DNA of 63,682 bases, filler included, from Octopus bimaculoides (taxonomy: Eukaryota): NCBI RefSeq assembly GCF_001194135.2. It is 5 parts of 5 records of this genome, joined end to end, with 100 filler letters (N's around TTAATTAATTAA, not from the genome) between each part and the next. Parts side by side here need not be neighbours in the genome. Positions count along the whole stretch, not along the records: positions 1 to 22,410 come from NC_068997.1; positions 22,511 to 52,283 come from NC_068985.1; 3 more parts are not named here. One strand, written 5' to 3'. The notes beneath the pieces were generated by a model, which made no database searches, had not been told where the DNA came from, and saw nothing but the letters and a program-made list of their open reading frames with translations. The stretch's first letter is position 1. Each line of letters starts with the position of its first letter. Positions 12,453 through 24,039 of the stretch are shown here, piece after piece. The translations under genes and the position numbers were made by a program.

Positions 12453-14890
12453 CATCATCATCATCATCATCATCATCCTCGTTTAATATCTGCTTTCCAT
12501 GCTAGCATGGGTTGAGTGGTTTGACTGAGGACTGGTGAGCCAGAGGCTGCACCAGGCCCAATCTGATCTGGCAAAGTTTTTACAGCTGGATGCCCTTCCT
12601 AACACCAACCACTCTGAGAGTGTAGTGGGTGCTTTTACGTGGCACCAGCACAAGGGCCAGTCAGGCAGTTCTGGCAACGACCACGCTCAAAAGGTGTTTT
12701 TACATATTACCTGCTCAGGAGCCAATATGGTGACTCTGGTAATGACCATGCTTGAATGTTGTTTTTCACGTGCCACTGGCACATGTGCTGGTAAGGCAAC
12801 GCTGGCAATGATCATGCTCAAATGGTACTTTTCACGTGCCACCGGCATGGGAGCCAATCCGTGGCCCTGGCAATGATCACACTCAGTTGTGCTTTTAACA
12901 TTCCACTGGCATGAGTGCCAATCAGGCGGTACTGTCATCGGCCACGTCAGCAATTTTGATTTGTTTCCACTTGCCTCAGCAGGTCTTCGCATGTAAAATC
13001 CAATGAATGAGGGGTTCTCATAAGTGGGCCAGTTACACCCCACGTTCGGATGTGCTTTTAACGTTCCACTGGCACAAGTGCCAATCAGGCGGTACTGTCA
13101 TTGGCCATGTCAGTGATTTTGATTTTGATTTCACTTGCCTCAATAGGTCTTTGCAAGCAAAGTTTATTGTCCAATGAATGAGGGGTATTCATAAGTAGGC
13201 TGGTTACACCCACTGGCATAGGCCATGGGCCATGGTCTCACTTGGCTTGTCAGGTCTTCTCAAGCACAGCGTATCTCCAAAGGTCTCGGTCACAAGTTAT
13301 TGCCTCGGTAAGGCCCAATGTTCAAAGGTCGTGCTTCACCACCTCATCCCAGGTTTATCTGGGTCTACCTCTTCCACAAGTTTCCTCAACTGCTAGGGTG
13401 TGACACTTTTTCACACAGCTGTCCTCATTTATTTGCAACACATGACCATACCAGTGCAGTTGTCTCTCTTGCACACCACATCTTAAACCCAAATTTTCAC
13501 TCAGTGTGCTTACACTCTGTCATGTATGCTCACTGACATTTCACATCCATCGGAGCATACTGGATTCATTCCTTGCAAGCTTACGCATGTTCTCAGCATT
13601 CACAGCCCATGTTTCACTGCCATGTAGCATGGCTGTTTGTACACATGCACCATACAGTCTATCTTTTACTCTGAGTGAGAGGCCGTTTGTCACCAGCAGA
13701 GGTAGGAGCTCTCTGAACTTTGCCCAGGCTATTCTTATTCTAGCAGCTACACTTTCAGAGCATCCACCCACCCACCCTGCTACTGACTTGGTCCCCTAGG
13801 TAACGGAAGCTATCAACTACTTCTAGTTTTTCTCCCTGGAATGTGACAGAAGCTGTTCTCTGCACATTTTCAGTGTTTATAGCACCTGAGCATTTGCCAC
13901 ATACAAAGCTATCTTCCCAATTAGCCTTCCTTTGATATTGCTGCACCTCTTATGTGTCCATAGCTTACACTGGGTACATCTTATTGAGTTTCTACCTACA
14001 CCTTTCCAACAGATTGAGCAGGGCCATCTACAGTTTGTCAGCCTTCCTACTTATTAAGAGTTTGGTTTTAGCTAGGTTGACTCTAAGGCCCTTCAATTCT
14101 AATCCTTGCTTCCACACCTAAAACATTTCCTCTAGTTCTGATAGCGACTCAGCAATTAGAGCAAGGTCATCAGTATAGGGGCATCCTGTCTTGAATTCCT
14201 GTGTGATTGCCTGGAGGACTATGATGAATAATAGGGGGCTGAGGACAGATCCTTGGTAGATCCCTACCCCTACTCGGAATTCTTCACCGTGTTTATCTTT
14301 TGCTAGGTATTTCTCCTGCAGCTGTCTTACCAGAAATATAGCATCAGTGGTGCTTTTCCCAGGCACAAACCCAAACTGCATCTCATCTAGACTCACTCTC
14401 TCCCTAATTAGTTGGTCTATGACCCTCTCCATGACCTTCATTAGCTGATCCAACAGCTTGATACCTCTGTAATTATTTGTATCTAAAGCATCACCTTTAC
14501 CTTTGTAGCAGTTGACTATAGTGCTACTACACCAGTCATTGGGTATGACTTCTTCATGTATCACCTGATTAACAATACGGGTGACTAGGCTATAGCCGAC
14601 ACTGCCAGATATTTTGAGCATCTCTGCAGTGATTCCTGATAGGCCGGGGGCTTTCCCTGTCTTCATACCCTTAATTGCTCTAACTACCAAGGTACTGTCA
14701 ATTCAAATAGCTGGTCCCTCTATTGGGTTGGCATTCGGCATATTTTCTTTTTCCCATTCATTCTTTTTATTTAGCAACCTTTTATAGTGGTGTCTCCAAA
14801 CCTCTCTCTTTGCAGCCTCGTTTAATGCAAGTGAACCATCATCCACGCGGGCACATTTCTCTCCTACGACATCACGGTTCTTTCTCATAC
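12453..14890 (-). mobile_element. 5'-truncated RTE LINE with modular 3' UTR
   Basis: ORF 14118-14690 reads IKGMKTGKAPGLSGITAEMLK..NYRGIKLL..QFGFVPGKSTTDAIF and ORF 13541-13771 reads RIRIAWAKFRELLPLL. (CAT)n at 12453. Confidence 0.93.
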
Positions 14891-14911
14891 ACTGTCTTAC
14901 AACTCGGAATA

Positions 14912-14947
<36 letters not shown>

Positions 14948-15206
14948 AGTACCGCCTGACTGGCCTTTGTAGGGTTCTCAAGTGAGATCGTTGCCAGTGG
15001 CCGTTTTCATGCGGGTGACACATAAAAGCACCCACTACACTCTCTGAGTGGTTGGCGTTAGGAAGGGCATCCAGCTGTAGAAACTCTGCCAAATTAGATT
15101 GGAGCCTGGTGTTGCCATCCGGTTTCACCAGTCCTCAATCAAATCGTCCAACCCATGCTAGCATGGAAAGCGGACGTTAAACGATGATGATGATGATGAT
15201 GATGAT
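14948..15206 (+). mobile_element. RTE 3'-end copy
   Basis: Matches 6920-7150 (ggcgttaggaagggcatccagctgtagaaac) and ends in (GAT)n. Confidence 0.85.
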
Positions 15207-16489
15207 ACATATATTTACCATAAAAAGCCATGTAATGTGTGCGCCTGTGTAATTTACACAAGTGATTATCAGGATAAAAATTGTTAAAAAAAGCTTCTTC
15301 TTGTGTAAAATTTGCACCCCAAAATTTTCAGAATTGCTGATATGACCAGGAAGGAAAAGGTTTTCAATTTAGTTGTATTTAACATAATTTCACTTACTTA
15401 TGATTAGATTTTATTAAATTTTCAATAAATGAAGATAATGTCTGTTTAACAGGTATCACATTGAAAGCTATTAAATTAGGAAGTGTTTGTGTTGTTTATA
15501 ATAAACTTTATTTTGCATTTCTTGCCCACAAGAAATTGTGTCCAATCTTTAGCATACTTCTGTATGTCTTCTCAAATCATAATCACAGGAAAAGTTGTTG
15601 ATAATTCTTATCAACAAAAACAAAGCTGATAAATGTGTTCAGGTGTTGCAAAATAAGTTTAATTACCAATAAACATCAGCTTGGATGACACTTTACTCAA
15701 CCAACAGAGGAAGATGACCAATCAAGCTAATTATGTAAACAGAATTCTGATTGGTCAAAAGTGTCTTCTTGTCTCGAGCTCTGATTTTCTGCCTATTCCT
15801 GTCAGAACCTTTGATACAGAGTATCAAAATTTTAATCCCTTTCATACTTATAAAGTGTCAAGCACACTTAAAAGTTTGTCATTACCATTTTAGCCAGGAA
15901 ACCAAACTGGTAGTTTGGTAACCCATTAAAATAAACATTAAAAATCAAAAGGAGAAAATAAGCAGCTTTGCAAGTTTAATCAGTGTTTATTGAACAAGAG
16001 AGGTGCAAAATTTAAGAAGCAAGTTGTTAGAATATACATGTCTGTGAGGAGACATAAACAAGAATAGCAAAAATCTACTATACCAAAAGGACTGCTAATA
16101 CATACATTACAAGTGTTCTATGAATGTGAAATGACTTTAAACATTGTATAAGGTAAATGAAGGTTTCTGTAGGAACGCTAAGTCATATTCATTTAGTGAG
16201 TTTACATGTGAAAGGATGAATTAAAATGTTGTCGTTGTCAACGTTAGATGCAGTAAGAGCTAATAGTGGTGATATCAGCAGTGAGGAATTTCATTGTCCT
16301 AATGCAGAGAAAGCGAGCAAATAGCTTCCTGATGCAAATGCAAGCTAGACTCCCTAAGTGGAGAAAAACTGATCTATTTAAGGAAATTGCTGGGCTCCAT
16401 TGTGATAGGTAGAAACTCCAGACAATGTAAAATATGGCCCGGACCATGATTACCAGCTTGAACATCAAACTTCAAAAAGTAGTTAACCA

Positions 16490-17125
16490 TTGCCTACAAT
16501 AACATCAATCGAAAACAATCATGGTCCAGGTGTAACGAACCAGCACAAACCACATCAAAAGCTGAATTGTATCAAAAAAATATAATATCGTCAATTTGGT
16601 GGGATTACAAAGGTGTTGTGTATTCTGAGCTGCTTCCAAGGAACTAAACAATCCATTCAGATGTTTACTGTCAACAGCTAATGAAACTGGAGGAAGCAAT
16701 CTAAGGAAAACGGTCAGAATTGTAAAATTGTAAAGGAATCGCATTCCACTATGACAACACTAAACCACACACATCTTTGCTAACTCATAAAATATTACTG
16801 GAGCTTGGTTGGGAAGTGATGTTACATCCACCATGCAGCCTTAACCTTGCACCATCAGATTACCATTTATTTTGAAGTTTGCAAAATTCTTTGAATGGTA
16901 AAAGTTTCAATAATGATGACAACCTGAATAACACTTGCTTCAGTTTTTGGCTGATAAGGACTAGCATTTTTATGAGCATGGAATCATGAAGTTGCCAGAA
17001 AGATGGCAAAAGAACATCAAACAAAATGAAAAATATATAAATCATTAAACTTCATTCTTTGTATGAAAAAAAAAATGACTTTTTTTTCACAATGAAAAAC
17101 CGAAATTACTTTCTTGCCAACCTAT
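16490..17125 (+). mobile_element. Mariner transposon, 5'-truncated, inactive
   Basis: Reads YNNINRKQSW..IWWDYKGVVYSELL..YCQQLMKL..FHYDNTKPH..LGWEVMLHPPCSLNLAPSDYHLF with stops. 3' TIR ccgaaattactttcttgccaaccta. Confidence 0.9.
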
Positions 17126-17806
17126 TCACACATGATAGAAATTTATAGAGCAAGAGAACAAATGGAAAAGATCTTTGATAGACAATATAAAGGAAATACA
17201 TGCAATCTTACCTCATAGTTAGTATTTTATTACATTATAGATGCTTCTGTCTTAAGAATTATATCTCTCATCAGGCTGTGTAAAGGATAGAAGCCTTCTA
17301 TATCCAGTAGTCATACAGGCTGAATATAAAACTGCCTGTAATGGACAAATGTGCTGAAAATTGACTTTTTTTATATCGAAGTGGATGAACAATTATGAAC
17401 ATTGGCAAAAAAACTGGAAACCTGATGCTCGATAAACAAATTTCTTTGATATTTGTTCTGCATCTAGTTAGACACTCTCTTGTTATTTTCAGTAAACCAG
17501 GGACTGATCCATTAGAAACTTGTAATAAATGATAAAATTGTTCATACATAAAATATTTGAATTATTAAATCACATTCTACTGTCTTAGAAAAGAAGGCAT
17601 TACATAAATTACCCTGGAGCCATGTTTCTAGAAGTAATGGTCATGGTTGGAATGTCATAGATCTGTTTGATTGTGGTTGTCTGGGGCTAAACAACTCACA
17701 ATAACAATCCAATAAAAACTTTAGGTCAAATTGTGATCCTTGCGAAAAAGTATTTAATTATTTTGCTATTTTATTATTTCTTATGATTTTATTACTCCTC
17801 TTCCAG

Positions 17807-17979
17807 AAAAGTTGGAGACCAAATTTGCTAGTGCCACTAATATAACTCTCCTCCAATTACCTTCCAACTATCCACCAAGTGATGAGATTTTCAAGTACTA
17901 TGTTAAAAAGTTTACCACCTCTGGTCATCTTCAGCTAATTTTTACCAATTACCTCTGTTGTGCTGACTGCTATGTTGTC
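17807..17979 (+). CDS. Internal exon, N-terminal half of a divergent CUB-like domain
   Basis: Pyrimidine tract plus CAG acceptor (17804-17806) and a GTAAGT donor at 17980. Phase 1 in, phase 0 out. Reads KLETKFASATNITLLQLPSNYPPSDEIFKYYVKKFTTSGHLQLIFTNYLCCADCYVV. Confidence 0.7.
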
Positions 17980-18559
17980 GTAAGTATACTATTTACTCTT
18001 TATCTTCGTGTACTTTCCTGGAGAATTTGATAAGGATAACTGTTACTTTCATATCCCTCTCTTGGCTGTCATGCAATATAACTGATTTGATATGGTACAA
18101 TATCAATTTTGATATATATTGTGATATGATATAGTTGTTCATGTGATTGATGGCATACAATCTGATACATTGTATAATAATATACAATGATGTGATGTGA
18201 TATGAAATTTTCAGTCAACTAATACTTACACCTTTTATTTCTGTTGCTATGGTAGATCACATGACATACCTAACTATCATCAATATAGTCAATTCTCTCA
18301 TTTATATAATATATCTTCTATTTTATATGTTGTTATACAATATACACTAGCTATTATTCCTTCTATATGGTAAACACATGACATACATATTTTTCCATGT
18401 GTGGTACATCATGATATATATAATGATATAGGTGTGAAGCAAATAACATTATGAGAGTCACAAAGTATGATTGTTAATAGATTAAATGATAGTGTTTGAC
18501 TGATGTGAAAAACTACATTGTGTATCCATAGGCATTTATGAATTCACCTTTTATTTCAG

Positions 18560-18707
18560 ATTGCATTTGGATCCTCAGTATTTAACAATTCTCAAAAAAT
18601 TATGCGGAGAGTGTATACTAGTAAAGATACCATCACCATGAAATACTTCACTGGCAAGATTTATCCTGGATACTGTGGACTTAAGGCTGAAATTCGTTAT
18701 TTTGAAG
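18560..18707 (+). CDS. Internal exon, C-terminal half of the CUB-like domain
   Basis: ttttatttcag acceptor. Phase 0 in (compatible with the previous exon), phase 1 out at a weaker GTTTAC donor. Reads IAFGSSVFNNSQKIMRRVYTSKDTITMKYFTGKIYPGYCGLKAEIRYFE. Confidence 0.65.
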
Positions 18708-19149
18708 GTTTACACATCCTTTCAATATTTCTATCATTTCTTACTTCTCTCTATCTCTCTTTCTCTTCCACTTTCTTATTTCTATACATTTATCTTCGAT
18801 TCTGTTTCTTGCAGCATGGGAAGAATGAATACTTGATGTGGTTTTAGAGTCAGGTTTTGAGTCAGGTTTTGAATGCTATTTCAAACCTTATTTATAATTT
18901 TAATAATTACTATAACCTATAAGGTTTTTTTCTTCCCATGCTGCCACTAGATTTGATCGCTATTTAAAATAACGGTCTTATCTTTATTTATATAGATATT
19001 TTTATATATATTCACTTAATCATTATATTCACTGCAGTGGTATTTTGGCAATATAACACATGGTGTCTGGATGGACAACTGAACTAGTGGTTGTACATAT
19101 GTGCATATATATGTATGTACATGTGTGTATACGTGAGTATTCATATGTT

Positions 19150-19190
<41 letters not shown>

Positions 19191-19560
19191 NNNNNNNNNN
19201 NNNNNNNNNNNNNNNNNGGGGGGGGGGGGTATTTACGCGTAATTCATGTTTTATTTCACTGACAACAGCAGAGTGTATTTTTATACAAAGCCAGAAACCC
19301 AGGGTCTGGAATTATCCAATTTTTACTACCTTATTTGTCTTTTGTCTTTTCACCTTGTGCTGTACTGAATATTTGATGCAGTTTTAGAGTCAAATTTTGA
19401 CTGCTATTTCAAGCATGGTGGTATCTCTTAGATACCCTTATTTATAATTTTAATAATTATTATAACCTATAAGGTTTTTTCTTCCCATGCTGCCATAGAT
19501 TTGATTGCTATTTAAAATGACGATCTTATCCTTATATATATATATAAAGTCTGTCATACC

Positions 19561-19600
19561 GGCCATGACGAAGGGAAATAGCCCTGAAACTCGAGTCGCC
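19561..19600 (+). ncRNA. Minimal type I hammerhead ribozyme motif (family A)
   Basis: GGC-C(A)TGACGA-AGGG-aaatag-CCCT-GAAA-C-tcga-G-TC-GCC. All three stems close, with one extra A in the CUGANGA box. Confidence 0.7.
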
Positions 19601-20700
19601 TTTATATATTTATATTTATATATTTGATCCTTTATATTGAACACTCAATATTTCATCTACATTCAATACTTTCTTTCATGGTGCCATCCATTTTTATTTT
19701 ATTTTATTTTATATTATATATTGTATATTATATTATATATTGTATATTCCATATTCTATANNNNNNNNNNNNNNNNNNNNNNNNNNNNNNNNNNNNNNNN
19801 NNNNNNNNNNNNNNNNNNNNNNNNNNNNNNNNNNNNNNNNNNNNNNNNNNNNNNNNNNNNNNNNNNNNNNNNNNNNNNNNNNNNNNNNNNNNNNNNNNNN
19901 NNNNNNNNNNNNNNNNNNNNNNNNNNNNNNNNNNNNNNNNNNNNNNNNNNNNNNNNNNNNNNNNNNNNNNNNNNNNNNNNNNNNNNNNNNNNNNNNNNNN
20001 NNNNNNNNNNNNNNNNNNNNNNNNNNNNNNNNNNNNNNNNNNNNNNNNNNNNNNNNNNNNNNNNNNNNNNNNNNNNNNNNNNNNNNNNNNNNNNNNNNNN
20101 NNNNNNNNNNNNNNNNNNNNNNNNNNNNNNNNNNNNNNNNNNNNNNNNNNNNNNNNNNNNNNNNNNNNNNNNNNNNNNNNNNNNNNNNNNNNNNNNNNNN
20201 NNNNNNNNNNNNNNNNNNNNNNNNNNNNNNNNNNNNNNNNNNNNNNNNNNNNNNNNNNNNNNNNNNNNNNNNNNNNNNNNNNNNNNNNNNNNNNNNNNNN
20301 NNNNNNNNNNNNNNNNNNNNNNNNNNNNNNNNNNNNNNNNNNNNNNNNNNNNNNNNNNNNNNNNNNNNNNNNNNNNNNNNNNNNNNNNNNNNNNNNNNNN
20401 NNNNNNNNNNNNNNNNNNNNNNNNNNNNNNNNNNNNNNNNNNNNNNNNNNNNNNNNNNNNNNNNNNNNNNNNNNNNNNNNNNNNNNNNNNNNNNNNNNNN
20501 NNNNNNNNNNNNNNNNNNNNNNNNNNNNNNNNNNNNNNNNNNNNNNNNNNNNNNNNNNNNNNNNNNNNNNNNNNNNNNNNNNNNNNNNNNNNNNNNNNNN
20601 NNNNNNNNNNNNNNNNNNNNNNNNNNNNNNNNNNNNNNNNNNNNNNNNNNNNNNNNNNNNNNNNNNNNNNNNNNNNNNNNNNNNNNNNNNNNNNCATATA

Positions 20701-21510
20701 TATAATAATATTATAAATAATGTATACATATATCCATACATATATGTACATACCTACATATATATGTATATATACATGCATATATGGGTACAGGACATCA
20801 AAAAAACGTTGAACACAATGAGAAACGAAAACATAGAAAACAAACTTTTTTCAAACAACAAAAAAAAAACAGAGAAACGAGACATGCAACATAAAGAGTA
20901 TACCTCTTCGTCAGTTGTCCCTGTTTCATCTATTCTGCATTTCGAAGGCAAGGATAATACGCGACTTCGTAGAAACAGTCCTTCCTGCAAAGCAAATCAA
21001 ATAAAATTTGGGATTTTTTGCAGAGAGTGAAAGTGTTAACAAGAACAGCACAGTGAGAACAAGACAGTAAAAACAAAATGATAGAAAAATTATGAGCACT
21101 TGGTAGATGAGCCGTGAGAGAAGACAGGAAAAGGCACGTCTTTTCTTTAGGAAGGAAGTGGACAGAAAGAGAGATCCCCCTCCACAAAATATCCCAAATT
21201 TTATTTAATTTGCTTTGCAGGAAGGACTGTGTCAACGAAATCGCGTATTGTCCTTGCCTTCGAAACACGGAGTAGATAAAACAGGGACAACTGATGAAGG
21301 GGTATATTCTTTATGTTGCATATCTCATTTCTCTGTCTGTTTTTTCATTGTTCGAAAAAAGTTCGTTTTCTGTTTTCGTTTTTATGTTTTCGTTTCTCAT
21401 TGTGTTCAACATTTTTTGATGTCCTGTATCCATATATCCATGTATATATGCATATATATGTAGGTATGTACATATATGTATGGATATATGCTTATATTTA
21501 TATTGTTATA
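20701..21510. repeat. Long inverted repeat (arms ~20701-21025 and ~21180-21510)
   Basis: The arms are reverse complements. The homologous spurious ORFs 20754-20990(-) and 21215-21463(+) confirm it. Confidence 0.9.
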
Positions 21511-21545
21511 TGATCGAATGCCATGCATCCCTTTCGAAGTAAGTT

Positions 21546-21585
<40 letters not shown>

Positions 21586-21592
21586 TTATCTA

Positions 21593-21634
<42 letters not shown>

Positions 21635-21719
21635 TAAGTGGTAGGTTTGCCTCGATCCTTCAGGGGTAGTCTGAAGCATCCAAGCAACCAGTGGATGTTT
21701 AAATCCGGAGGCACTCCTG

Positions 21720-21930
21720 GGGATCACCTGTATGGGTACCATCTTGGAAAGAGGGCGTCCAGAGGCAGGTAATATGTTGCTTAAACCGTAGTTTATGTAT
21801 TTACTTGGAGAATGGAGCAACAAATACAAGAAAAAGCATTTTCGTTGTTTTATTATGTGGAATTTGTGAAATGAGTCAGTGTGGAGGTTTAGGTTATGTA
21901 ATGAGTCATTTTGTATATTATGTCTTAGTC
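21720..21930 (-). mobile_element. Inverted PLE post-RT linker fragment
   Basis: The minus strand reads LVFVAPFSK*IHKLRFKQHITCL then, frameshifted, LDALFPRWYPYR. This resembles the PLE WFNPPFSK...LDKHFP..HP motif. Confidence 0.45.
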
Positions 21931-21934
21931 ACTT

Positions 21935-22409
21935 ACGTACACTCTGGGTCCGTAAAGACTCCCCTAACTCCTTCGATATCACCATGGGAGCCCCGGACTC
22001 AACTCAGATAAGTGACTTAGTAGGAATTTATCTGCTCTCCTACATACGGGAGGAATTCCCAGACCTGGAAGGGGGATTATACAGGGACGATGCACTATTT
22101 GTAATTAAAAATCCCTCAAATAGGAAACGAGAGCTCATCAAGAAAAACTTGCATAAATTCTTCAAAAGATTTGGACTAGCCATTTCTATAGAAAACGAAC
22201 ACACATCCATAAACTACCTAGACGCCAATTGCAACCTAGCCACAGGACTACATGAACCATACATAAAGCCTAATACTAACCTAAAATACATAAACGCATC
22301 CAGCAACCACCCACTATTCCTCAAGAGGGGCTTAGCACATAGTATAAGCAATAGGATATCACGCCTCTCCTCTAACCAAGCTATCTTTAATAAACATAAG
22401 GAAACCTAC
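21935..22409 (+). mobile_element. Penelope-like element reverse transcriptase fragment
   Basis: Uninterrupted frame WVRKDSPNSFDITMGAPDSTQISDLVGIYLL..GLYRDDAL..INYLD..YINASSNHP..SNRISRLSSN, ending at a gap. Confidence 0.9.
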
Positions 22410-22410
22410 A

Positions 22411-22510
22411 NNNNNNNNNNNNNNNNNNNNNNNNNNNNNNNNNNNNNNNNNNNNTTAATTAATTAANNNNNNNNNNNNNNNNNNNNNNNNNNNNNNNNNN
22501 NNNNNNNNNN
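22411..22510. other. Artificial scaffold join N44-TTAATTAATTAA-N44
   Basis: The identical 12-mer sits inside N runs at 22455, 52328, 57703 and 62569, and gives stops in all six frames. Confidence 0.9.
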
Positions 22511-22611
<101 letters not shown>

Positions 22612-23110
22612 TTCTCATTTTTATATATATAGATTACAATCTTCTTTATTTTGATTAAAGTAGGTATTTACATTGAATTCAAGATTATTCAACAGTAAAT
22701 ATAGCACAGAAGGAAATATTGTTTTTTACAGACTTGTACCAGTTTGGTAAATGATAGTGTCAGCGACCAGGTCATAGACAGTGAAAAGACTTTGATACAA
22801 AAAATATAGTATAAAATACTATTATGATAAAATAAAGCAAATGTGACTGTTAACAGGCTATATGAATGTGTGTGTGTGTGCATGAAAGACACAGACTCAT
22901 ATCTTGTTACAGCGACTTTAGTTTTCTTTTCTAATAGTGGTTTATATTAAGTATCAAAGGCTTTCATTGTTCATCTATGACTTGTTCACTGATTCCCTTA
23001 CATTACAGGTGCAAATCTGAAACAAATATTTCATGAGTGTGTGGATGTATCTCTCTCTTTCACTCACTCTCTGTATGTGTATATATATGTATATATATGG
23101 GAGAATATAC

Positions 23111-23290
23111 GAAAAAACAACAACAGACGAGGACAGGTGGTGTAAATAACAAAAGGATGTATTAGTATGATGCTCGGGAATACGGAAAGTCTTAGACGTT
23201 TCGAGCTACGCTCTTCAACAGAAAGAATACGGAGACAAGGAGAAAAACACGGAGAAAAAAAATTGAATAGTGTCCAGTCAACGGTCAATC
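23111..23290 (-). repeat. HHR-like short repeat, family D, copy 2
   Basis: Minus strand 23226-23190 reads TCTTT-CTGTTGA-A-GAGC-gta-GCTC-GAAA-CG-TC-TAAGA. Confidence 0.65.
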
Positions 23291-23452
23291 AACACACAGA
23301 CAGACAGGGGCAATTATGTGGATAAACAAATTAGATACATCAAATATACTAAATATTTTAAATAATTAAAAACAAAATATGTATATATGTCTACATACAA
23401 AATGAGAGAAAGCAAATGGTGGAGACTTTCAGATGATGAATCTTTAAGCATC

Positions 23453-23735
23453 ATCATCATCATCGTTTAACGTCCGCCTTCCATGCTAGCATGGGTTGGA
23501 CGATTTGACTGAGGACTGGTGAAACCGGATGGCAACACCAGGCTCCAATCTGATTTGGCAGAGTTTCTACAGCTGGATGCCCTTCCTAATGCCAACCACT
23601 CCGAGAGTGTAGTGGGTGCTTTTACGTGCCACCAGCACGAAGGCCAGTCAGGCGGTACTGGCAATGGCCATGCCCAAAATGGTGTATTTTATGTGCCACC
23701 TGCACAGGAGTCAGTCCAGCGGCACTGGCAACAAC
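23453..23735 (-). mobile_element. RTE 3'-end copy
   Basis: (CAT)n followed by the reverse complement of the RTE 3' UTR. Confidence 0.85.
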
Positions 23736-24039
23736 CTATATAGATATTTATATTAATAGATCCAACTTACACAGAGTACAAATGATAGAGAGAATTAAAG
23801 GGGTGGAAGAAAGGTGTTATAAGTCCAACAGCTGTTTCCGGGAACTCAGCAATCCATAAAAATGTTGGTAGATTTAGTTCATCACAATATACAACTAATC
23901 TTTTTATATGTAAACATGCATACATCTTTTGTATTTCATGTATTTAATTTGCTTATCATTACATATACTTCTCTATCCACTCAAGTTTAAACCTCTTGAG
24001 CACTACAATGTATATTCCATATGGAGAATATTTGATTCT

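Noticed and set aside
15700-15760. Opposed CCAAT boxes flanking TGTAAACA as a promoter of the CUB gene
   Set aside because: Short motifs only; no first exon or TSS could be tied to them.
16244-16468. Minus-strand hydrophobic ORF with AISLNR resembling a GPCR DRY region
   Set aside because: Single short motif, no other helices or splice support.
17240-17280. Minus-strand CTGATGA-GAGA-tataat-TCTT
   Set aside because: No GAAA after the helix and no stem I or III.
18708-18847. Hydrophobic tail of ORF 18602-18847 as a transmembrane segment
   Set aside because: It reads through the GT donor at 18708 into a pyrimidine tract, so it is more likely intronic.
21255-21305. Permuted hammerhead (cgaaac...ctgatga) in the fold-back arm
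   Set aside because: The only stem II pairing (CCTTC/GAAGG) consumes G8 and A9, and no stem I or III forms.
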